Assembly (NCBI GenBank): GCA_051294375.1
Contig: CM119264.1
Span: 18,631,581 to 18,695,580, forward strand
Direction: 5' to 3'
From: Paraspadella gotoi
Lineage: Eukaryota > Animalia > Chaetognatha
DNA: 64,000 bases
The notes under the pieces were generated by a model, which saw only the letters and a list, made by a program, of their open reading frames with translations, did no database searches and had not been told where the DNA came from. Position numbers and translations under genes: made by a program. Shown in pieces: positions 28,358 to 41,100 of this stretch. The stretch's first letter is position 1; each line of letters begins with the position of its first letter.

Positions 28358-31300
28358 CAAACAAAAAAAAAAAAAAAACTAACAAAAAGGAACTACTCTC
28401 AACAAAACGAAACAAACTCCGCGGTTATCGCCGAAAACAATTTTTAATTCAAACCATTTTTTTTTAAAAATTAATTTTTTAATTTAAATCTACTCAAAGA
28501 AAACATTTTGACGGCTTTTTGCTAAATTCTTTTTTTCCGCCTTTCTCTCAAATTTCTCCTCGATTCGAATCGTTTTTTTGCCAATACAACTCTTCAAAAC
28601 AAATATTTTTTTACCCCATTGAATATTTTTAAAAAGCAAATCATATACTTCTTTTTCAAGGGCAAACTAATTTTCTTCAAAGTGAATAATAATTGTTTTT
28701 CTTTCTTAATGCGGCGTTTCATGCACCCAAGCGTCCACACGCCGTCCAACGACCCGCCACGAAGAGAAACGACGATGCCGGTGACCACGCGAAAACGCTC
28801 TCCCAATCGACAGCGGCCCGGACGCCGATGAACGCATTCCCACGACGCGCGCCTCGATTCGCGACGCCTCTCGAATCGCAAATCGAGAGACTTTTCCAAA
28901 TGGTCTTGCGAGATCAACAAGCAAACTCGCCGGCGGTCACGGAAAGGCCCAACTCACTTCAAGCGGATGCAAGCACCGCTTCAACGGAGTTGCCTCCATC
29001 GAGTGGAAAGAACGGCGCGCCGCAGCGACGCAACCTGGACCCACAGGCAACCCGACCCTCTCACACAACAGCCTCGCAGCGCCTTCCAGCGCACAGCCAA
29101 GAAGGAGAAATCCAACGCCTGCACCGAACCTTCGAACAGGAACCACATCAGAGGAGTGGTCTAGACGCACGCGCTGTGGATTCGGCGCCACTGGCGTCGA
29201 GCCGGCGGAGAAGAACGGCGCTCATTCTCAGCGCATCCCACTCCCGCCACCCGGCCTTAATCCCACATGGTCTCGCATCCGACGAAGGCCCTTAAGCTTA
29301 CAAAATTTGATTCTCCACTTGCAGAAATTCCTACTGGGTGAGGAGCCAAACAGAACGTGCCGCAAAGGCGCGGCACAGATTGACGTCACTGAAAGGCGTA
29401 TCATCGCCTTCCCAGCACCTTCTGCCGCTATCCGGGTAAAGCGCGGTCTTCGGAAGGTCTCAACCATGGACCACATCAGGCTAGCATCTTGCTGCTCGCT
29501 CTCCTCAAAGCGTCAGGGAACACGCGTCCAGGAAAGGTAAAAAAACCCGGCCGACATCGCCGAAAGACGCGCGACCGAATTCTTGCCTCCTTCAGGCCAG
29601 CTCCGCAGCATCACGGACCTAACGAGGCCTTGCTCCTCGGTGATACGCCGTCAATTCAGTTGAGTCACAGCGGGAGAGCCACTGGAGCTTCTATAGATTG
29701 ATCGGACAGCAACGCTGATGAGGCCGCAATCTCCCTACGCGAACGCACTGATGGGCAGGTTTCGAACGGCCGCCGCCGCGCTCAAACGCGCAGCGCCACC
29801 GTCCGCCACAGACAGGCCCATCAAGCAGCGCCCATCGCAGCAGCGCACGCAGCAGCAACGGCGCCCAACATTAACGCCCCGCTCCCGCCACCCGCGAACC
29901 GCCCATGGGAGAGAGCAAGTGCTTCTACCACTACAATTTTGGTGCCAACGCGTTCAAGTGCCACGGGACGAAACGCGTGATGGGAGCCGCCCAATGCCCA
30001 ATTGGCGCCGTCAACGGCGCGAATCGCCGGCGGCCGCAGTCGCAACCTGGCGTCGCCTGGCCGAAAACGACTCGAAGCTATTCCTTTAGTGCGGCGACCT
30101 GACGCTGGCCTTTGGAGTGCTCGTCGACGGCGCTCAGAGGCGACGCTTCATACCCCGCATCTGCGCCGCTTGACCCAGCGCCGCCGCAAAGGCGGACAGC
30201 CGCGTCAAGCGCGCTCCGGCCACCGCTTAACACGCCCGCACCGCGCCGGCATTACGACACGCCCATTCGCTAAAACTTTCGCATCCCGAGAGATGGGGAT
30301 TAGATTGGGAAAGACGCGTTTTTTCTCCCTATCTCGTCATCATCGCCGAGTCGCCAGCCCATGATCTCGCGCCCGACTTTTTGACTGGCAGATCATCTCG
30401 GCGTTTGGGATCACGAACGCCGAATTATCTTCTCGTCTCGACGACTACAATGGTCATCAAACGGCCATGCTCACGACGCAGCCGCGCTCGCGCCCGCCCC
30501 GCGTCCTGCACGTCCGCGCGGTATGCCTAAACTCCGGACTTCTCGACGGGCGAATACCGGAAACTAACGGAAACTCGTCTTCAACTCGGCGCACCAAGCC
30601 GGGCGGGTCGAGCATCACATACTGAGAAAGGTCGCCCCGTTTTCGGCCTGCGCCCAGCCGCCTGTCGCCCCCGATCAAGCATGCGCGCCAAGGCCGAGTT
30701 CGAGAAATGCTGGAACTCTCGCCGGATTATCCGACGCTCAACGTCTGCGTGGCGTCGCCCGCTGACACGTCCCCCGAAACAGAATGGCTCTCTTTCGTCC
30801 ATGTGGCGACTACCGACGCCTCAACGGGTACCGGGTCGACAATCGTTACCCGTCGACCATCATGGACTTCAAACGGGCCGACGTCGCGGGGCAAGAACAG
30901 TTTCTCGAAGATCGACCTCATGCAAGGGATATTCATCAGATCGCTGTGCGCGAAAGAAGATCGCCACAAACGGCGATCATCACGCCGTTTCCGGGCTTGT
31001 ATGAGTTTCCTCTTCATGCCGTTTGGGTTGAAAAACGGCCGGCCAGGACTTCCAACGCATGATGGACCAGTTCTAAAGACGCATTCCCACGCACGTCCTC
31101 GTTTTACCTTAGAATGACCTTTTGTGGCATCTCACTCACACGAAGAGCATCAGAGGATCTCAAAGCGCGTTTTCAACGCGCTCGCGCAAACGGCCTTATC
31201 GTCAACCGCGCTAATGCGTTTCGGGACTGCTCGAGGCCTGGATAGTTTCCTGGGCTACAAACGTTGACAAGGATGCGTCCGCCTCATGTACCGTCGAAGG

Positions 31301-33779
31301 TAGAGGCATAACGCGAGATGCACCCACTAGTGCTCAAGATTAAGTTTCTGGGAGTTTTCAACTACTCTGTCGGCCGATTCGTGCCCGCACGCTGCACATA
31401 TCACCTGCGACGCTCTCTTAGAAGATTCTGAGGACGCGGAACACCGCCCGCGGCTAAAATGGGCGGCCCCGCAAGAGAACGTACCAGTTCCAGGCAGTAA
31501 GGACGCCCGGTCTCCGATGACGCGCGAACTCCACAATGCTGGTTCCCATACGATCGAACGGGGCCCGTCTCGCCCTGACAGTCGAATGCACTCGCCGACG
31601 TCGCCGGCTCGGCGACGTCCTCGATGAACAGCCTCGTCGAAAGGCCAGTGGCAACCCCTTGAGGGTTCACTCAAACCACTGAAACCAAAACAGCGCAAAT
31701 GGCACGCCAATTCTGATCAAGGAGCTTTGCATGCTCATCAGCATCGATCCGCCATTTCCGCCCATCCATGTCAAGAGAGGCCGTTCCGCTTTATATACAA
31801 AGCGATCACATCTCGCTTGGTAGCGGGCGCTCGCGGAAAGAAGCAACGACTCACAGAACATGAGGCAAACCTGCCAGTCATGTGGAGCGGGCATTTCGGC
31901 CGAATACACCGGCGACATCCGTCATATCGCCGGGAGGCGAACGTCGTCGCCGACTGCCCGCTCCTTGCCCGCCGCCAGCGTCCTTGCCGCCAGCCACCGC
32001 CACGGTCAGATCGAGCCTGAGCGACGCCTCGAACGCGCGGAAGAGAGCGTGAGGACACATTGGCCGCCACCGTCAGCAGCGGTCGGCGGCACCTGCCGCA
32101 AGTCAACTTCGAGGGCACAGATGGCGGCTGGATGCAAGCCACTGATGACGATGTCCAGCGCTCCTCAACGACCCTGCATTACGGCGCTGTGCAGCGTCTA
32201 CAAAACTGTCCTCCGAGTCAGCACCGATCATGAACTCATTTGTGATGTCTCCGGCTCCCGGGCACGCCCACGTTGTTCAGCGTCATGCGCGCCGGCGCGG
32301 TTTTCGGACGCCAATAGAGACCAGGCATCGGCTCAATCCGGGAGTTCGCGCTTGCCAAAAAAGGCTCGTGACGGAGCGCGCGTCGGTAATGGACATGTGG
32401 CAGCCTCATCCGACATCGAGATGGGGGGCAGCGTCCATGCTGACATTGTCGCCGCGCCCAAGACAGCACGCACGTCCGAGGGCGCTGCGTCCACGGCAAT
32501 TCGAACCACCAAGCCAAACGGTTTCGCTTCCGTCCATGATGGGCTGGTGGACGCTGCGAGCCGTCTCCTGCGTCAATAACATCACTTCTGACGAATGATT
32601 GAACAGCTGTCAAGGTTCAACGCGCTGGGAGCGAAGCGGCACCACTTCGTGACACCGCTACGCGATTCCGCCGGCAGGTACGTACGGCAGGAGTGATGGG
32701 TCTTAAGTCAGCAGGTTCTGATAGTCGGACACCCGCCCGCAGCCCGCCCCTCCCACGCTCCGCCTGGAGGCTTCTTAAGCAAATGGGTCTCTCGTCTTTG
32801 GGCGTCCCTCCGTTGTCGACCAGACCGATGTGGCGACCCAATTCAAGCATCGAGATTGTGGGCCAAGTGGCGGCGTAGTTGGGCTTCGACCTTCCACGAG
32901 ACCGCCTACACCCCCATCAACGGGAATGGTCGAAGACCCTTCATGACGAGCTAAGGCAGCCTGCGGCGCCGCTGCGAGAGCCGGCCGGACATAAATGGCT
33001 AGGCGCAGCTTTCATGGACTCTCTTGAGCCTCCGGCAACTCCGCGAGAAGATTCGGAACCGCCTCCCCGCAGAGACTATACGCTGGTGGGACTCTGACGG
33101 CTCCCCGTTGGAGAGCGTACTTCCGGTCAACACGACGTCGACGCCAGCGCCCGCTGGATGGCGCGAATCCTCGACATCTCCGTGCGATTGTTGCTCTCAT
33201 GGCAACGCCTCTGCGCCGCTAATGGAATGCGCGCACCCTCTCATGTGCGGAAATGCTCGGCTGACGCGAACGCGTCTACGTCCGACGGCAACGGACATTG
33301 AATAATACGCGCGCTACAACACTTAGCGGCACTTACGACGTCTGAACGTGGTAAACTTCCAAAATCGAAAATAACCCAGGGCCGCGGCGTCGAAGTGATC
33401 TCCGTTGATGCACTGAAACTGACGTCACGACGAAGTCGCACACACATGAACACCGGAGGCGCGGACCGAGTGGTGCCGGTGCTTTCAGCAGCTGCCGTCC
33501 AGGAAAAGGAGTTGGCACTCGGATCCACGAGGCGCGAGCCACCATGGTGCCGCCGTTCAGGATAGCTCCATCTATGGCCCCGCTCAGAAACGGAAGCGGC
33601 GCCACTGCGTTTCCACGACGCACGGCAAGTTGGCTTCGTTCGACACTTCATCAGTCGGTCTTATCAACGTCCTTGCGATGGTGCTATCAGCCGCGGAAGA
33701 CGACGACTGGAAACGAGACGCAATCCAATAACCTTTTCAGCCTTCTCCCACCCGGGTCAAGGCCGTTGGGTTGGGGGGA

Positions 33780-34030
33780 TGTGGTGCACGAACATCTAGA
33801 ACACGCAACCTTGGTCAAACACATGACCTTACGCACCTTACGCTCGCTCATTTCCCACCTTAAATTATGGTCAAACGGTTGACCTTTATGGTCAAACGTG
33901 ACGCTTTGTAAATACCATTGGTAATAGACTAGCATCTGAGCATTTTGATGTTATTGAATACGTTGTGGGATTGTATATAATATTATCTCTGCTTTGGTTT
34001 CGATTAGTCGTTGATAGCGGCGGGTGCCAC
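33780..34030 (+). repeat. 3' LTR of the Gypsy element (3' end noisy)
   Basis: Follows the polypurine tract, starts TGTGGT, and is a direct repeat of 28041-28277. The exact end is uncertain. Confidence 0.8.
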
Positions 34031-37000
34031 TGTGTCGAAATTATTCAGCCCAGGCCGGGACGCGATTTAATTAAAATCGTGATGTTTGTCTTTGAAAATG
34101 AGCATATGATTTAAATGTAATAGTTTAAATGATCTTAAATTAAATTCGTTAATTCAATTTAAATTATTTTTTGGTAGACTTGATGTGTAGACTTTAAAAA
34201 TTCAGGGTCTTTGAGATTTGATGAGCATGAATACAATATATTAGCTAACGGGATGGTGAAAGTACAAGGAAAAAGGAAACCAAAGACAATTGATGAAGTC
34301 GAAGATGGAATAGAATATAGGAATCTAATAGATATTTCTTTATCATCATCAGTAACTAGACAATGGTAGAGGAATGAAGAAAATGAAAGCAAAGAAAGGT
34401 ACATGAGAGAGAGAGAGATGAGAGAGGACATATTTGTTAAGATAACTGACCTAACAAAACAAGTACAATATTTCTTTTCTCATCTTCTTACTCATGATTA
34501 CATTGCTAGATATTCGATTTACTGTCCTTTCTTGTTCCTGACGTGTCTCTTGCCTCCCCTTTTTTATTCTAACCTGTCTGTGAAGTAAAGGAGTCCACTT
34601 TACTTTGAATCGAAACGCTTGCGACGTTTCTTCGATTTCACCGAGATTAGAATGAGCGGGAGATTGGAAAATCGGCTACGATGGGAGCAAGAGTAGCTTT
34701 TTATTATCGCGTCATTCCAAAACTTGCAGTTGTGAAATACTAAAAAAAATATTGCAAGTTCTGTTTGTTTACTACTGGGGTTAGTGTACCATCTCGATTA
34801 CGCCTAAAACCAAAGAACGCGAGAAATTGATCGAATTTTGATTTAGCGCGTGGATTTCCTTTTTTTTTATATAAAACGAAAAACACCGAGGTTCCCAGAC
34901 CGCAGAGTCGGAAAATGTTTTCGTTTGTTTCGTGTGTAAAAAAATGTTGAAGATTTTCCTTCATTGCTTTCGATTTTTCTGTCAAGCAGGCGCACTTCTG
35001 TGCTGGTTCGATGAAGTCTTTGACGGTTCGAGGTGGACTGCTCCTTTTTATTTTTTACCTCCTGTTTTCCTTTTGTGCCTGCTCTTTGTTTTTAACCTTT
35101 ATTTTTTTTTTTTTGTGCCTTTCCCCACCGTCTTTCTCTTGTGCCGTCTTTAACCTTGAGAGTTCGTAAAAGTTCCCTCTCGTTGACTCGCTGCTGACGA
35201 AGTTTTGGCGCTTCAGAATAATTCAAAGGTCTCTTCAGGTTAGGATTTGAATAATTTGCTCCAATTGCCCGTGGCAGAGTATGATGATAGATCGAATGAA
35301 AATCTTTGCGTCTCACGAGAATGTTCGATTTACCACAATACTCTTCGGCCTATCAGATCAGAGATTTTCGTGTATTTGAATGGCAACGCTTAACGCGTCG
35401 CTCTCGGAATAGCCCAGGAAATAAGTTCATTGAATCCCTTTGTCTATATTATAAACGATCTTTCGATGAAGATATTACTTTTCATGTATTCATGTTACCC
35501 GAGACAGAAAATCTTTTGAGTTTCTTGTTCGCCGTCAACGCCGCTTTTCCTTCTCTTTCAATTAAAAAAAATTGAATAACAAAGAAAATAAATATAAAAT
35601 ATGGAAAAGATGTACTAAAAATGGACGAAAAAAAAATAAACTCAAAGAAAAACAAAAAGAAAGATAAACGAGCTAAACCCACAATATATAGGAAAGAATT
35701 GTTAGCAGTGTTGTCCGTTGCTTTCGCCAGAAAAAGACCTCCCCCGAGTAATTTGTGTGTTTTCAGTTCCAACAAACAAAACCAGAAAAGTGTCATTGGA
35801 AAAAAAAAATTTGAATGAAATTTGTAATTGGAACAAGGAGAAGGTTAAAATAATGATAAGATACGGATAGTAAATCTCGGATGGTAAATACAATTTAAAA
35901 TAGTTCTAAGCAAAAGGGGAGGCGAAACCAAGAAATGGAAAAAGGTGGAATCGACTAAACTGTCAGAAGGGATGTCAGTTTTTCGGGAGCGCCAATGTTA
36001 AAATCCCCAATTCGCGTGACGAAAGCCATCGGGTTTAGTTAGTAATCCATCGATGAATAAAATATCGAGTCGCCAATTTCGTGAGGATAAGGAAAACAAA
36101 TGAAAAAGAGGAAAATAAAAATTTTAAACAAAAATAAATATGTCTACTGTTTTGGTGATGATTATCACTATTTCTTTGTGTTCACGAGATGCGGGGTTTT
36201 TAGGAGCTAAAGATCTTTATTGTTCACTGAACGAAACCGAAACAAAACAAAAAGAAAAAAGTTCATTCGCCCTAAAATGGTGAAACAAAAAAGGAAACCA
36301 AAACAAAACAAAAACAGAGCGGCGAGAATCGATATTTTTCACAGAGATCCTTGACAGCAAAGAGAACGAAAACGAACGACCACGCAAAGTTTTTTTTTTT
36401 TCCCCCGAAGAGAATCTATCGGGAAATCAGTAAAAACTCCAAGCCGGCCGAACGTCGGAACGGGCAACGAGTTTGGTCGATAATTGGCGACCTTCGGGAT
36501 GTTGGCGCCAGTAGATTGTTTTAACACTCCCCGTTTTCCAATTTTTCACGCCGCGAAAGACTCAACGTCATTCGTTGTCTTCGTTCAAGCGCGATTCTGT
36601 TTACCTTTCGACGTTATTGTTACTCGGGAGATAAATCCTCGAAGACGCCGACCAATTCGCTCGTCGCTGCCGTCACACTCCCTCTTCCTCGTGTTCCTCC
36701 CTCACCGCCCCCGTTCCCCCACGCGTCCATTTTCACCGCCTCAATCGCGAGCGCCATCTTTGGCAGCGGATGAAACGGTGATTTCCATCTCCTCCCTTTC
36801 TCCCGCGATATAATTAATGCGCGCGGAGGGAGCTTGATCTCCGAATACGGAGTGTTGATTTATTTAAAATTGTTTGACGATAATCTTATAGTAGAGTTAT
36901 TATCTATTTTTTAGACGATACGTTTTTTCGATAACTATTACAACCAGGGAAAAAAAATTAAAAATTAATATTTTATTATTTATCTTTTTATACAATTTGG

Positions 37001-37175
37001 TACGAAAAACAATTTTTCATTCCTTTTTATTTACATTTTAAAGTACAATGATTTCATTTTAAAAAAATTAATGATTTTGATTTTATCAATTTCATAATTA
37101 TAAATGAGATTTATGTTTTAGCGAGGAAAATTGAAAACCAGAAATTGATTATCGAAGTTTTCCCTTTGATCCCAT

Positions 37176-37682
37176 GATTATAGTTTTAGGAATTCCTGAA
37201 GGCGGCGCTAGCAGTCCCCTATATTTGAGATTTTTTTGTCTTAACAAATGAGCAGCCAATTATAGACAAATTCTATGAATTTTTAACATAAGTGGGACAG
37301 ACTAACGGACAAACGAGTACTCTCGGTGCAAGTAAAAACAAGATCGGGTCATCCAATGTGTTGCGCTGCATTGACTTTATTTTCATGTGTATTTCTCTAT
37401 GATTTCATGACTACATGACATGATATGACTTGACTATAATAACATTTTTAGCCCGTGTATTTATGACAAGCATTGCATCAGATTTTCGTATTTTATTCTT
37501 TATAGTTTGAGAATTTTCTGAGGGCGGACCTAGCAGTTGAGGATTTTTCCCATCTTAACAAATGAGCAACTAACTATATGCGAGTTATGAACATGTTTAA
37601 CATAAGAGAGAACGACTGACAGACATACCGGCCCACCGACCGAACAGTGAGTTGCTCCGCGAGTACTCGCGGCGCAACTAAA
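37176..37682 (-). mobile_element. Helentron/DINE-1-like elements, tandem copies B (partial) and C
   Basis: Partial copy 37176-37336 is joined head-to-tail to a full copy 37337-37682, which carries the hairpin AGTTGCTCCGCGAGTACTCGCGGCGCAACT. Confidence 0.7.
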
Positions 37683-38173
37683 CTTATATGTAGAATGGAA
37701 ATCATACGTTTAACTGCTGAGATAAAACTTTTAGCTGCCTGTTATTACTGAACAAAAAAAAAGAAATTCAGAAAGAGAAAGAAATTTTGCAAAGAATAGA
37801 AAAAAATATGTTGATCCGAATTGTTGACGAAGAAAAAAGAGAGCGTAACATTTCAAGTTCAAAATAGAGATCTTGCTATTTTAGAAAAAAACTGGCGGAA
37901 AAGTTGACAAAGTGAGAGGAGAAATTGTCGACGCGAAACTAAAGATAAAAAATTTCAAGCAGATTATAAATCGATCTTTTTACTTTTCAATTTAGTTCGA
38001 TGGTTCGAGAGCATTGGATGAACGAATAAAGAGAAGAAGAAAGTGAAAGAGGAAGAGAGGTGTGGGGGAGAGAGACCCGTAAAGTCACTAATGGATTTTT
38101 TTTTTAAATTCATTCATTTTATTTCTCTTTTTTTTCAGTTAAAAACCTAAAACCTCGTCAATCACTTTAGCCG

Positions 38174-41100
38174 ATGCGAAGAAAGACAATGCGTAACCGG
38201 GGGCGGCGAGGCTCTCGGTCCTCGGAAGTCGCCGACGTTTCCGGTTACCATTTGCGTCATTGGGGCGTATTCTCCGCGCTCCTTATCGCCATCCTAGTCG
38301 TTCACATCGACGTCTCCAGCGTTGAAGGCGCCGGGCGCCAAAGGCAGACCCAACTTCGCCTGCGCAAGGGCGCCGACGACGCTGGCGGGGCCGGCGCTGC
38401 CGGTGGCGGCATAGGAGAGCCGCCGCCAAAACCCCTTCTAGTCCCAGACCCCAACGAGACGAACCGAGATCCGCTCATTTCCGGTCGCGTCAAGCACGTC
38501 CGCCTCACCAAAAACAAGTTCAAGAGCGAGGAGCACGCCATGGTTGAAACGCGCCTCTTTCTCAAAAAGCAGAATCAAATTCAGGCGGCAAAGGAGCTCA
38601 ACCTTCGATATCTCAACATGCACGCCGGCCTCCTCACCGACGAGCCCTTCCAGCGAAACCTGGTCAAGGAGTTGAAGAAAGTCAAAGATCAAACGGGCCA
38701 CATCTTAAACGTGGGCGGACGGCACGGGAGGGCGAAGAGAAGAACGCCAGAGAAAGAGGAAGAGAGGGAGGCAAACGGAGAGTGGGCGAAAACGGAGAGC
38801 GAGGATGATATGGATACGAAGATTCGGGCGAGCCAACGAGAGGGAAATGAAGAGGAAGTTGAGGAGAGAAGACGAATCGAGGATTCGGGTGAGGAGGAGA
38901 CGAAGGTGAAAAACGGAGAAGTGAGGAGGAGAACGAAGAGGGAGGCGGGAAGGAGGGGCGTGCCGCCGTGGAAAGATTATCTCTATAATCTTCCGTCGAA
39001 TATGCGGGGGAAATATCATCAACGAAAGGAGAAGGAGAATCAAGGTGAGTTCGAAAAAAAAGATGGGGTGAAATTTTACAAAGAAGGAAAGATCATGAAT
39101 GATTATTGAACTGTTTTGATTTTTTAACAGTTCGTAGAATATTTTGATTTGTTATAATTTCATTATAAACCCATTCATTATTTTAAGTTTACAAAAACCA
39201 ATAATGATGAAAGATACGGAGGCAAAAAACTTTATCGAAAATCGCAGGTGCAAATAGGTAAACCCGATATTATTCAGAACTTCTTCTAGATGCAAAAGGT
39301 TGAAATGTGACGGTTGAAAAAAGGTGAAAGAAAAAAAAGGTGATGAAAGAAAAAAGAGGAAACCGATGGGATCGGAAGCGAAAAAGAAGCGAGGAAGTCA
39401 AAAAGTCACGGCGAAACAGAGATGTTCAATAGTGTGGAGCTCTGGGGAACAAACTTTTTATTTGGGTAAACAAATAAGGATATTTAAACGTGAGATAGTA
39501 TGATTATCGAGTACAAAAAAACATTTTGCTCATATTGTTTTGGGAACAGTGTCATAAAATGTAATATATTTTTAGTAATATCATAATAAAATAAGATATT
39601 TTTAAAATAATTGTTTTGGAAATTTTTATTACAGATTCCAATTCTTAATAAAAAGTTAGACCTAAGATATAAAACATCTTATTAAAATTTCTGATGTCTT
39701 AAGCCTCAAAAACGAAAAAAAGGGTCAAATTCTCTACTCTACACACACAAAGGAAAAAAAACAGATTTTATTTTTTATCATTAAAATTTAGTAAATAATA
39801 GGTAAAGCTAGCAGCCTTTTGAGTGTCCTTCAAAAAAGTGGAAAGGCAAAGATGGAAATACAAATTGTGGGGGAAATCGACACAACGAAATCGAGCCAAG
39901 GGGAGAACGAAGGGAGAGGGAAAGGAAAAAAGAGAGAGAGAAAGAGAGAAAGAGAAAGAGAGAGCAGACGAGAACCTGGAAGCGAACCCATTTCATTTGC
40001 ATAATGGCGTAAGGGAACACTTTAGATGCGGCCCGAGATGTTGACTTACTCAAAGGTAAACATGAGAGATATGGGATGAGGATGATCCAAACCACTGACG
40101 ACGCCAAGACGCCCAAGCGATCATCCTTATCTCTCGCATTGCGGCGATGGCGCACCTGGTTGGCGCGCGATTCTTGAGCGGGGAAAGTGGGAGCGGGAAT
40201 TCGTAATCCGGCTATCAGCCTATGAGTCCTTATGATGTGGAGGGTAAGGTAGAATGAAGCAGAAGAAAAAGCGGGAGAATATTTTAAAATATGAAAAAAA
40301 AAATAAATTTCTGAGTCTCATCATTTTATGGACTGAGATATTTTTTTCCATTTATGGAAAACTTTTAAATCTTCAATAGATTCTTTATGGCCCTTCACAG
40401 AACAGATGGAAAACATTCGCTCAAGTTTGGATGATGTTGACAGCTTTAGGCTGGTATTGTGTACCTCTTACTTTTTTTATTTTAGTTTTAAATAATTTCG
40501 TGAAAAATTTTTCAGACCTTCTCTTTCAAAACAAAATTACAAATATTTCTTCTTTGCGTTGTACCTACCTATCGATGTACCAGGAACATATGTGTAAAGC
40601 GATTATTTTTAAAGATGGGGATAAAAAATCACTACTAGATTTTCAAAACAAAATATTTGGCACACAATATTCGTGAACATGGTTCTTTGATACTAAAAGA
40701 ACAAGAACGGTGATTCCAATGTGTTGCGCCGCAGTGATATGATATTACATGCCATGACATTACTAAAAAACTTTTTTAGCCCTTGTATTTGACATGCACT
40801 GCAAATTCCGACTTTTATTCCTTATAGTATAGGATTTCCTGAAGGCGTCGCTAGCAGTCCCTTAGATATGAAGTTTTTTCCTGTCTTAACAAATGATCAA
40901 TAAACTATAGACGAATTATATGCATTTTTAACGTAAGTGAGTAAGTGACCGATAGAGTTGCTCAGCGAGTACTCATGGCACAACTAAAAATTTGCTCCGT
41001 TTTCAAATACAGCCACAGAGGATAACAAAACGGAAATGCGACCAGCGGAAACAAAGGAAGAGGAGCTTCGCTCCATGACGCCCGATGAAGAAGCCGCCTT

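Larger units (their letters stand above)
28041..34030 (+). mobile_element. Ty3/Gypsy LTR retrotransposon, full length; ORFs fragmented by many indels
   Basis: Direct LTRs at 28041-28277 and 33780-~34030, PBS-like TGGTGAGACCGAGAC at 28282, and PPT GGGTTGGGGGGA before 33780. Gag motifs LGDTPS and CFYHYNFGANAFKC (~29920). RT motifs RPCGDYRRLN, FSKIDL, TAIITPF.GLYEF, MPFGLKN (30790-31040). RNase H remnants LTV..DVA and HIAGR..VVAD. Integrase remnants VHADIV and TTAY.P..NG.VE. Domain order is RT-RH-INT. Confidence 0.92.
27117..35500 (-). repeat. Inverted copy of the ~21.7-24.6 kb segment, interrupted by the Gypsy element
   Basis: 27117-28038 is the reverse complement of ~24557-23645. ~34060-35500 is the reverse complement of the segment continuing back to ~21680. 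Confidence 0.85.

Noticed and set aside
29714-29750. CTGATGAG hammerhead-like core
   Set aside because: No stem II-GAAA geometry was found, and it lies within gag coding sequence.
28693-33882. Dozens of short overlapping GC-rich ORFs as separate genes
   Set aside because: They are frameshifted pieces or antisense shadows of one Gypsy gag-pol.
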